Source of the DNA: Fonticula alba ATCC 38817
Lineage: Eukaryota > Protista > Nucleariida
Strand: one strand, 5' to 3'
NCBI GenBank assembly: GCA_000388065.2
Contig: KB932202.1
DNA: 15,612 nt
The number at the start of each line of letters is the position of its first letter. The stretch's first letter is position 1. Position numbers and translations under genes: made by a program. Under the pieces are notes generated by a model. The model did not search any database and had not been told where the DNA came from. It saw only the letters and a program-made list of their open reading frames with translations. This document shows positions 1 through 8,108 of the stretch, one piece after another.

Positions 1-4
1 TGTA

Positions 5-36
<32 letters not shown>

Positions 37-80
37 CATGCCTGCGCATGCCTGCATATGCCTGCGCATGCCTGCGCATG
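1..80. repeat. (TG)n microsatellite followed by 4 copies of a 10-bp unit CCTGC(GC/AT)ATG (41-80), inside an intron of the sorting nexin gene
   Basis: Read directly: cctgcgcatg cctgcatatg cctgcgcatg cctgcgcatg. Confidence 0.9.
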
Positions 81-110
81 TGTCGGAAGATGGGCGCCCA
101 AGCGACGTAC

Positions 111-1461
111 CTCGGGAAATGATGCCGCCGAGGGGCTGCTTCTCCGGCAGAGTGGGAACCACCCGGTAGGGGTAGCGCGCGACCAGCTGCGACTCGAGCC
201 ACACAAAGTCCGAGAAACGGCGGACCACGGGCTGACCCTTGGCCGTGTGCTTGCGCGAGGCCAAGTAGTAGAAAGTGGTCCGGAAGAAGGTGCCCGGCAC
301 CTGGGGGTCGTCGGCCGGCGCAATGGCCAGGGTGATGTTGTTGGCGTTGCTGCGGGCAGGGGAGAGGTCAGTGCGGGCGAGGGGAGCAAATGCCACCAGG
401 GGCGAGGGCCGGGCAGGACACACCTGGCACCGCGCGCGGCGCCCACCGGGGGCAGGCTGTTGCCGAGAGTGCCGAGGGAGGCCAACCCCGGGACCGCGAC
501 CGGCTGTGGCAGCATCGCCTGGAGGAGGGCCGGCGATGAGGGGACCGACAGGGCATCCGAGAACTTGGGCACTGGGTCGACAGGACCAGGAGAAGAGAGT
601 GAGAAAGGCCCAGCCGGGAGGGGGCACGCAAAAGGGTCAGTCCATGGTCAAAGGGAGCCGCCCGGCCCCTCGGCCCGGAGGGGAGGGCGGAAGGGAGGCA
701 CGCGCCCGAAGGCTACCCCCCGCCCCCCCCCCCCCCCCCACACACACACAGGCAAGGACACACGCACCGCCGCCATAGAGCCCGGCGTTGAGGGGGGTCA
801 GCGGGCGCTTGGCGCCGGACTCATCGAGGGCCCGGGGGTCATCATCGCGCAGGAATTGCGCAAGCGAGATGAGCTTCAGGGCGAGAGTCAGCTCCTCGCG
901 CGACAGGGACCCGCGCTTGGAGATGTCGGCCATGTCCCAGATCTTCAGAGGCGGGGGTCAGTAATGCGGAGCCAGGAGTCGGGCGGGGGCGAGAAACAAA
1001 GCCAGGCCCCGGCGTACCGAGCGGAGGAGGTCATTGTCGAGACCGGAGCGCTCGAAGAGCGGCCGCAGCCCGGACGCCGGGAAGGTCCCGCACTTGGGCG
1101 TCGGCGGGGCATCCTTCTGGGCGATGGTCTCCAGGAGGGCCTCAAGCTCCCGGAGCTCGGCCTCGCGGGCCTGCCCGGCCGGGCCGGCCACATCCGCGAA
1201 GGGCTGGTCCACATCGGCCACCGGGGCCGCGGCCGCGGCCCGGCGGAACATCGAGCTGGACATCGACGAGGAGGGGGTGCTCGCCGGGGTGGAGGCCGCT
1301 GCCGAGCCCGGGGTCGCCGCCGGGGTGGAGCTGGCCTGGTTCGAGGCGTACACAGCGTCCAAGCCGCGACGCTGGGCGCGATGAGCGCTGGTCGACGGCA
1401 CGGCCGGCGCCGAGGCGATGGGCACGTCGTCGAACGGATCGCCGAAGGGGTTGTCGTCCAT
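111..1461 (-). CDS. SNX8: Sorting nexin, SNX8/Mvp1-like (N-terminal NPF/DPF motifs, EH domain, PX domain); 3'-partial. Exons 1461-1018, 942-768, 571-424, 349-111; the gene continues past the left edge
   Basis: Splicing at GT..AG sites with CTGAC branch points keeps one frame: MDDNPFGDPF...LRPLFERSGLDNDLLRS|IWDMADISKRGSLSREELTLALKLISLAQ (EH domain)...LYGG|VPKF...GA|SNANNITLAIAP...FFRTTFYYLASRKHTAKGQPVVRRFSDFVWLESQLVARYPYRVVPTLPEK (PX signature RRFSDF..L...YP...P.LP.K, closest in my recollection to the SNX8/Mvp1 type). Intron phases (0,1,2) are consistent. The expected BAR domain would lie outside the window. Confidence 0.85.
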
Positions 1462-1498
1462 GATGTGAGGGCCTGGGGCTGCGGAGGGAGGGGGGGGG

Positions 1499-1578
1499 NN
1501 NNNNNNNNNNNNNNNNNNNNNNNNNNNNNNNNNNNNNNNNNNNNNNNNNNNNNNNNNNNNNNNNNNNNNNNNNNNNNN
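1499..1578. other. Assembly gap (80 N) flanked by G-runs
   Basis: N run with poly-G on both sides. Confidence 1.
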
Positions 1579-1650
1579 GGGGAGGGGGGATGGCGGGGGG
1601 GGCGGCCCGGCCCCGCCCCACCGTGGTGGGGCCCCCGTTTTGTCCCCCGG

Positions 1651-1674
1651 CAGCAGCAGCAGCAGCAGCAGCAG
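1651..1674. repeat. (CAG)8 microsatellite, non-coding, upstream of the sorting nexin start
   Basis: Read directly. Confidence 0.95.
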
Positions 1675-2301
1675 CAACCGCAGGGGCTTTGTTGTGGCTC
1701 GCGCGGGGGCGTATCTCCCAGCGTCCGCCTGTGAGCGTGCGGCCCTCCACCGCCGCCACCCCCTTCCTGGGGGAGTGCGCGGCCGCGGCCACAGGTTTTC
1801 GCCGCGGATGCGGTGAGCGTGGGGAGGAAACAACACCGAGGGGGGGGGGGGGGGTCCAAAAGAAAAACACAGAAAATGCTCCGGGGCCCGGTCCGTATGC
1901 CGGCCAGTCGGCCCCTCCGCCTCTGGCCCGGTGTCTCCGCGCCAGGCGAGGGGGAGCCCTGGATGTGGGGATGGGGGCATTTGTCGACGCACTCTCCTCG
2001 GCGTCCTCTCTCTTCGGTGGGAGAGGGGGGGGGAACATGTACCAGCTCGAACCCCCCCCCCGCCCGGAGCGGGGGCGGATAAAAATAATACCGCCCAGGG
2101 AGCGCGTGTGCGCGTGATCAGCTCCGTGACCACACGGGATGCTCGGTGGAGATCAGGCCCCCTGGCGCGATCTAGCGCCCCAGCCGGACGCTCGCGCAAA
2201 GGCTGGCCTCGGACGATCGGCCAGCCGCACCGTCGGCCCGATCCGCATGGAGCACCGCGGCTCAAGTGGCGGACGGGCGGAATGGTGGGAGAGTTCGCCA
2301 C

Positions 2302-2338
2302 CTGCCTCCTCGCTGCCTCCTCGCTGCCTCCTCGCTGC
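2302..2338. repeat. 11-bp unit CTGCCTCCTCG x3.4 upstream of REV1
   Basis: ctgcctcctcg ctgcctcctcg ctgcctcctcg ctgc. Confidence 0.9.
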
Positions 2339-2462
2339 TTCCTGTCGCCTACCCCCCCCCCCGGCCCTTCCTCCAGCCCCCACCCCCTCTACGTCCCCCA
2401 CCCCCTCCACGCCGGTATCCCCTCCACGCCTCCACGCCCCCCACGCTCCCGGCTTTGACGCC

Positions 2463-5400
2463 ATGGACGACGAGCGCCGGCGGTCGCTGACGAGGCGGCC
2501 GCCCAGCCCACCGGACTACATGCGCGAGCGCCGGCGCAAGACGCACCACCAGCATGAGGAGGCGCGGGACCGGATCCGGCAGAGGTCCCTCAAGGCGGAT
2601 GGTGGTGGCGAGAGTGGCGGCCAGTCGGACGCGCTTGCCCGGTGTCGGGTGCATGTGGCCGGGCACACTCGGCCCTCGGGCCCGGAGCTGGAGCGCCTGG
2701 TCTTGCTGCACGGCGGCCACCTTGCGCCCTTCCTCGGGGGTGGCTGGGGCGCGGCCGGCGGCCAGGCGCCCGGTCCGGCCCGGGTGACGCACATCGTCTT
2801 GGACCCGGGGGCCGACCCGGCGGCGGTGGCCCGGCACCTGCTGCAGGGCCCGGACGCGGCGCATCTTGTCACGCCCGAGTGGGTGACCGCCTCGGCGGCC
2901 GCCGGCCGGGCGCTGCCGGAGTGGCGCTTTGCTCCGCCCTCGCGAGCTGGCGCCTCGATTGGCGCCCACTTTGCCCCGGGGGACCCTTCGTCGGGCGACC
3001 GCGCCGCGGCTCACGCCCGGGACCCGGCTGCCGAGGGCCCGAAAGCCGGAGCCACATCCGGCGCCGGGCCATGTCCAGGCACGCGCGCCGCGGACCGGGC
3101 ACAGCCGCTCGCCCCGGCACGGGGGGCAGCTGCGGCCCCGGTCGAGGCATGCACCGAAGACCGCCGGGTGGAGCCTCCCAGCCACCGAGACCAGTCCCAT
3201 GCCCGGGACCGGCAGCCCGACTCGAAGGCATGGCCCGGGGAGGCCCGGCCGGCAGCCCGGCCCGAGCCACCCCTCGCCGCGGGCGCGTCTCCGGACGGGC
3301 GGCCGCATGCCCCGAGCGTCGATGGGGCCCGGCGGCCCGGGGCGTCGCCGGCCATGCCGCCACCGCCGGAGCGCCTGATGGCGGAATGGCTGGCGCGCTT
3401 GCGCCGGCGAGGCCTGCTCCCCTGGTCGACGTCCGCGGGCGAGGGCCTCGGCACGGGGCCGCACGAGCGCTGGTGGGCATTCATCCGGGTGCGAGACTTC
3501 CTGGCCGCGGCCCACGCGCAGTTTTTCCTGGGTCCGGCGGCCGCGCGGCCGCCGGACCTGCCGGTGGTCGTGGTGCATGGCCTGCCGCCGGGGCAGCCGG
3601 CCGCCGACCTGGCGCCAGACCCCCCCCACACGGAGCTGTTGGCGGCGGTGGTGGTGGTGGTGGTGGCCATGAACCGGCCGGCCCAGGAGCGGCTGGGCGT
3701 GCGGCTGGGCGAGCGACTGGCCGACGTGCAGCGGCGTCTGGCCGGCGGCCGGGTGGCTGTGCATCCGGCTGGCGGGGACCACGCCCCGGCCGAGTCGGCC
3801 GAGCCGGTCGCGCTCCATGTCCTGCCCTTCCGGCCGGCGGTGTGTTCGCGAATGTCGGCCGAGGTGGCGGCCGTGCTGCGGGCCGCCGCGCGGGACTTTA
3901 CCGCCGCCGCCGGGGCGCGCATTCGCCTGGCGTGCATCTCCCAGCGCGACATGCTGCTGGAGGTGGTCACGGCCCGTGGTGGTGGTGGTGGTGGTGGTGG
4001 TGGTGGTGGTGGTGGTGGTGGCCCGGGCGGGGGCGATGGCCATGCGCGCCTGCTGGCGCACATCGCCACGGCGGCCGACCGTGGCCCCGGGCCTGGCCGC
4101 CATGCTCTGCTGGTGGGATGCGGTGGGACGGCCACCCTGGCCTTTCTGGCGGCCCTGCGACCGGGCCCCGGCGACACGCCGGAGGACATTCTCCGGCGCG
4201 CGTCGCCGGCGGACCTCGGCCTGCCGGGGTTTCTGTGCTCGGCCATTGAGCAGCGCGTGCTGCTGCTGGCCGGGGCCGTCGAGCCCGGGGCCTCTGCGGC
4301 GCCCCGGCCCCGGGCCCGGGCCCCAGGCCCCCGAGCCCTGAACACGGTCTACCAGGATGCCGAGGCTGCCGGGTCGGGCCGGGCGGCGGGCCCGCCGCCC
4401 GGCCCGACGACACCCAGCACGCCCCCCCTCTCGCTGCTGGAGGTGGCCCGGCACCTGTCGGGACGGGCGCTGGAGGATCTCCTCCGGCAGCACCGGCAGC
4501 GCCTCCTGTCGGCGGACTCCTGCGCCGAGGCCACGGCCAGTCGGCTGTTGGACGCCATGCGCGGCCTGGACACCCCGATGGGCCTGGGCGGGCGGGGGGG
4601 CTCCGGCCCGGCCGGGGGGGCTGACGGGCCGCCGCTGGCCCCGGGCCCGGCCTGTGGTCTGCTCTTTCGCCGGGACCCGGGCGCCCTGCTGGCCGCTCTG
4701 GGCCCCATTGGCCCGGCCCTCACACGGGCCGAGGCCGACATGCTGACCCTGCCGCCGGCGGCCGTGGCGGCTACCACGACCACAGCAGCTCCCCGGGGCC
4801 AGTCCAGCGGCAGCGCCTGGGAGCAGGCCCTCGACTGGTGGTGGTGGCTGCCGGTCGAGAGGTGCCTCTTCCGCCGGCACCGGGCGCGCCTCCTGCGGGA
4901 CCAGCGCCAGCGCCGGCAGTCCAGCCGGGCGGCCGCCCTGGAGCCGGACTACGATGAGGAGGATCTCCTCCGCGAGATGGAGTCGGCCCTGGGCCATGGG
5001 GCTGCCGGCTCGCGGCCGGCCGGCTCGGGCTCCGACACCGGCCCCCGGGCCTCGGCTGCTGCTCCCATTGGGCACGCCCGGCCCCCGGTGATTGTCCCGG
5101 CGCCCCCCGGCCGACCAGCCGGCGGCCCGGTGGCCGCCGAGCCAGGCCCCATGCACAGGGGCTCCCCCCCCTTGCCGCAGGGGGCCGACGGCTCTCCGCG
5201 GGGCCCGAGCGCCGAGGCCGTCGACGCCAGCCCCTCCGGCTGGGGTGCGGCCACCGGTGGCGCGCTGGCCACAGTCCCCCCCCTCAGGCTGGGCTTGCAT
5301 CCAAAAGCCGCGGCCAGTGCTGATTCGGCTCCCGGGCGGCCGCCGTCCGCCGCGGGCAGTGAGCCTGCTTGCTCTCGAGTCCAGGGGCAAGCGGCCCAAG

Positions 5401-6848
5401 CGCCGGGGGGGCCGCCCCGGCCCGGGGCTGCCCTCTTGTCGCCGGGGAAGCACCAAGCCGAAGCACCGATCCCCCGCCGGCCGGCAGATCTTCTGGGGGG
5501 CCTGCCCTGGGCCGACGCGGCTCCGCCGGCGGTCCCGGCAGAAGCGCACACCCTCCAGCGGCAGGCCCCCTGCCAGTCGGAGGCGACACATGCTGGCGGC
5601 CGGGGAGGGGGGCCGGTCCCCGGCGTGCCCGCCGCTCTGGCGGAGGGGCTCCCTCCCTCGACCGGGGCGGGTCTTTGGCCGGGGTCGCCCTCGTCCGGGC
5701 TGGCCCCGGCGCGAGAGACTGCCCCGCGGGAAGCCGGCTGGCTGCCGCCCGGAGGCGAGGCCCCCGGGCGGCTGTCGGCCGTGACCCCGCCGGGCCGGGG
5801 GGCGGACCCACCACCGGCCTGCCTCTCGCCCAGCAGCAGCCGGAGCCCCCCGGCCTCGCCCGGAGGGGCGACATGCGCCCCTCCGGGCGAGGCCACCACG
5901 GGCCACCATGATGTGTCGGCTGCCGCGGCTGGCCACGCCCGGGGGCCGGCGCCCGTGGAGGAGATCCCCGCCGCCACTGCGCCGGAGGGGCTGCCGTGTG
6001 TCTCCCGGGCCGAGGTCGGCCCCGGCCCGGATGCCCCGGGGTCCGGGCTGCCATCGGGGTCCTGCTCACCGGTGGCGGTGTCCAACACCCCGGGGGGGCT
6101 GCTGGCACCGCCACTTCGGGACCTGGACCCGGACACCTTCCTCGAACTGCCGACCGACATCCAAGTGCAGGTAGTTGCCTTTCACCTGGCCGAGGTCCGA
6201 GGGCGACTGGGCTCCCGGGCCGAAGGGCCGGCCGGCATGTGGGCCGGGCTCCGGCCGGCCGATGACCAGCACCTGCCTGTGGTGGCCATGCGGCAGCTCC
6301 TGCGCGATCAGGCCGCCACATTGGAGCTGCTCCGGCGGGTTCTGCCTTGTGTCGGGCGGCCAGCCGCCGAGCCGGCGCCGGGGCCGGCCCCGGCGCCGAG
6401 GGAGGCCACCGCCACCGGCCCGGACGGGAGCCCCCCGGCGCCGGTGAACGCCCAGCCCGGGCCCAACCCGGCATTCGGCCAGGCGGCCGATCGTCTGCTC
6501 GAGCAGCTGTCCCAGGGCCGGCTCCCGCTGCATGCAGGGCTGGCCCTGCTGCGGGCCTGGCGCCGGGCCCTCGACCACGACCACGACCACGACGGCCGGG
6601 AGGGCCCCTGCGAGGCGGACCCGTGCGCCTGCCGCGGCGCCGTCCTGCCGGAGTGCACCCCGCGTGCCGTGGACGATGGCAGTCCCGCCGAGGGCGTCGG
6701 CGAGCCGCCCCGGGGCCCCGCGGCCTGCGTGGCCGCCGCCGGCGCATGCTGCCCCTGGCACTGCCGGGCCCCGGCGTGGCGTTTCGCCCTGGCCCTCGAG
6801 GAAGCCGGGCGACGTCGGTGGGGAAGTCGGCTGAAGCCATCGCACTGA
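2463..6848 (+). CDS. REV1: REV1-like translesion synthesis protein, 1461 aa, apparently intronless; probably catalytically inactive
   Basis: Domain order and motifs match REV1: DYM near the N-terminus; BRCT (VHVAGHTRPSGPELERLVLLHGG...VTHIV...VTPEWVTASAAAGRAL, ~2630-2940); palm/fingers remnants (PDLPVVVV, AMNRPAQERLGVRLG, VLPF, VGCGGTATLAFLA, LPGF); thumb end (RLLDAMRGLD); UBM (DLDPDTFLELPTDIQVQV, ~6120-6185); C-terminal WGSRLK, like REV1 YGSTLK. ATG 2463 was chosen because it puts YM at aa 19-20, as in REV1. The upstream in-frame extension from 2139 looks non-coding. Confidence 0.85.
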   Translation: MDDERRRSLTRRPPSPPDYMRERRRKTHHQHEEARDRIRQRSLKADGGGESGGQSDALARCRVHVAGHTRPSGPELERLVLLHGGHLAPFLGGGWGAAGGQAPGPARVTHIVLDPGADPAAVARHLLQGPDAAHLVTPEWVTASAAAGRALPEWRFAPPSRAGASIGAHFAPGDPSSGDRAAAHARDPAAEGPKAGATSGAGPCPGTRAADRAQPLAPARGAAAAPVEACTEDRRVEPPSHRDQSHARDRQPDSKAWPGEARPAARPEPPLAAGASPDGRPHAPSVDGARRPGASPAMPPPPERLMAEWLARLRRRGLLPWSTSAGEGLGTGPHERWWAFIRVRDFLAAAHAQFFLGPAAARPPDLPVVVVHGLPPGQPAADLAPDPPHTELLAAVVVVVVAMNRPAQERLGVRLGERLADVQRRLAGGRVAVHPAGGDHAPAESAEPVALHVLPFRPAVCSRMSAEVAAVLRAAARDFTAAAGARIRLACISQRDMLLEVVTARGGGGGGGGGGGGGGGPGGGDGHARLLAHIATAADRGPGPGRHALLVGCGGTATLAFLAALRPGPGDTPEDILRRASPADLGLPGFLCSAIEQRVLLLAGAVEPGASAAPRPRARAPGPRALNTVYQDAEAAGSGRAAGPPPGPTTPSTPPLSLLEVARHLSGRALEDLLRQHRQRLLSADSCAEATASRLLDAMRGLDTPMGLGGRGGSGPAGGADGPPLAPGPACGLLFRRDPGALLAALGPIGPALTRAEADMLTLPPAAVAATTTTAAPRGQSSGSAWEQALDWWWWLPVERCLFRRHRARLLRDQRQRRQSSRAAALEPDYDEEDLLREMESALGHGAAGSRPAGSGSDTGPRASAAAPIGHARPPVIVPAPPGRPAGGPVAAEPGPMHRGSPPLPQGADGSPRGPSAEAVDASPSGWGAATGGALATVPPLRLGLHPKAAASADSAPGRPPSAAGSEPACSRVQGQAAQAPGGPPRPGAALLSPGKHQAEAPIPRRPADLLGGLPWADAAPPAVPAEAHTLQRQAPCQSEATHAGGRGGGPVPGVPAALAEGLPPSTGAGLWPGSPSSGLAPARETAPREAGWLPPGGEAPGRLSAVTPPGRGADPPPACLSPSSSRSPPASPGGATCAPPGEATTGHHDVSAAAAGHARGPAPVEEIPAATAPEGLPCVSRAEVGPGPDAPGSGLPSGSCSPVAVSNTPGGLLAPPLRDLDPDTFLELPTDIQVQVVAFHLAEVRGRLGSRAEGPAGMWAGLRPADDQHLPVVAMRQLLRDQAATLELLRRVLPCVGRPAAEPAPGPAPAPREATATGPDGSPPAPVNAQPGPNPAFGQAADRLLEQLSQGRLPLHAGLALLRAWRRALDHDHDHDGREGPCEADPCACRGAVLPECTPRAVDDGSPAEGVGEPPRGPAACVAAAGACCPWHCRAPAWRFALALEEAGRRRWGSRLKPSH
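3978..4019 (+). repeat. (GGT)14 coding repeat (poly-Gly) inside the REV1 palm
   Basis: Pure GGT run in frame, just after the motif III equivalent. Confidence 0.97.
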
Positions 6849-7504
6849 TCATGTGGCCCATTTCAAACATTGATTGCACCATTCGCCCCCGGCGTCGATT
6901 GTGGGGGCGGGAGGCCGCCCGGGTCGGGGTTCTATGCCCGTCCCGCGGGTCGCTGGTGGTCTTGTCCGGCGCGGTGGCAGTTCCGCCCGAGCCCGGGGGG
7001 GGGGGGGGACGGTGCTCCACGGGCCGGGGGGGGCTGTGAGGACCGGCGCGGATTTCAGGAGCCCGTTTCGGGCCCCTGAAAGCGCGCCGATCGCGCCGCC
7101 GCGCGCGCGCGCTTGTGTGTGCGGGAGGACGCCGGCGAAGGAGAAAGCGAGAGAACCCTGCCGGAACAGCGTTGTCCGCGACCCGGCCCCGCCGCGACCG
7201 GCTCTGGCCCGTTCGGTACACGCACACATGGGGAGGAGTAGGGGGACTGTCACTGTTGGGCAGGGGCGCAAGACGGGGGGGGGGGCAACCGTGCGCCGGG
7301 TCGGCTCGGGTGCCGCTCGCGACACCGGCCCCGGGCAGTGTGGCCGCGCCGTCGGTTTCGGCCCCGGGCCCAAGGGGAGCGCCGGGAGATCTGGGTGGAA
7401 AAAAAAAATACATTTCCATCTTTTACCCGGGGATTCTCGGGAAATGGCTCTGGGGATGTGTCCGCCCCGGCCCGAAGCAGAGCCCCCTGTTACACGCGCG
7501 GTGA

Positions 7505-7506
<2 letters not shown>

Positions 7507-7549
<43 letters not shown>

Positions 7550-7558
7550 TGTGTGTGT
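7507..7558. repeat. (GT)n microsatellite, intergenic
   Basis: Read directly; one interruption. Confidence 0.95.
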
Positions 7559-7910
7559 GAGAGGTTGAGCGAGGGACAGTATTGTATCTGCAAGTGCGCT
7601 TGCCCGTGAAGATGCATGCGTGTGCGATGGTGGGGAGATTGCGGGCCGGCAGGGCGTCACACCTGTGGCGCTCTATGCCGGCCCGTCGCCACTGTGGGCG
7701 GGGAGTAGGGGCGCGCTCGGCCGGCCATGAGGTCCATGCTCCCGTGGCAGGCGGCGCCTGGGCGGCGCGCCCCCTGGCCCGCGCGCCTTGCCTCCCCGGC
7801 TTCTTGGGTGTGTTCCTGCGCCCCCTTCCGGTGGACCTCGCGAGGGGTCAGGACAGGGCGGACGGTCTGTTGGAGCAGAGGGGTGTGTGTGGGGGGGGGG
7901 GGGGGGGGGG

Positions 7911-8003
7911 NNNNNNNNNNNNNNNNNNNNNNNNNNNNNNNNNNNNNNNNNNNNNNNNNNNNNNNNNNNNNNNNNNNNNNNNNNNNNNNNNNNNNNNNNN
8001 NNN
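7911..8003. other. Assembly gap (93 N) flanked by G-runs, just upstream of the TATA box
   Basis: N run with poly-G on both sides and a poly-C run after it. Confidence 1.
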
Positions 8004-8040
8004 GGGGGGCCCCCCCCCCCCCCCCCTGCGCGGGCCACCG

Positions 8041-8050
8041 TATAAAAAGG
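8041..8050 (+). promoter_or_regulatory. TATA box of the 8650-9705 gene
   Basis: TATAAAAAGG matches the canonical consensus. It is an isolated AT island in very GC-rich DNA, ~60 nt upstream of the putative 5'UTR donor at 8109. Confidence 0.65.
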
Positions 8051-8108
8051 CCCCCCCCACTGGCCACTGAACACAGATTCCTGCAGAAAGAAATCGCAGT
8101 TTCCAAAT

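Larger units (their letters stand above)
1462..2462. promoter_or_regulatory. Divergent (head-to-head) intergenic/promoter region shared by the sorting nexin and REV1 genes
   Basis: The start codons at 1461 (-) and 2463 (+) are ~1 kb apart and point away from each other. GC-box-like CCCCGCCCC near 1611 and GGGGCGG near 2072. Transcription start sites are not known. Confidence 0.5.

Noticed and set aside
4-1734. 576-aa plus-strand ORF
   Set aside because: Starts in a (TG)n repeat, crosses an N gap, and is antisense to the spliced sorting nexin gene.
2139-2462. In-frame N-terminal extension of REV1 (ATG 2139 or 2247)
   Set aside because: It crosses an 11-bp repeat and C-runs typical of UTR or intron sequence, and REV1 homology begins ~19 aa after ATG 2463. 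Not fully excluded.
2349-5936. 1195-aa minus-strand ORF (and other long ORFs overlapping REV1)
   Set aside because: Antisense or off-frame shadows of a very GC-rich CDS in which stop codons are rare; Arg/Gly/Pro-rich with no motifs.
6849-7910. Several 130-220 aa ORFs, two small hairpins (catttcc/ggaaatg, ggctctg/cagagcc) and a GTGAGT donor-like site at 7501
   Set aside because: No codon bias or recognisable motif; 7-bp stems are expected by chance at this GC content; GTGAGT arises easily at the edge of a GT repeat.
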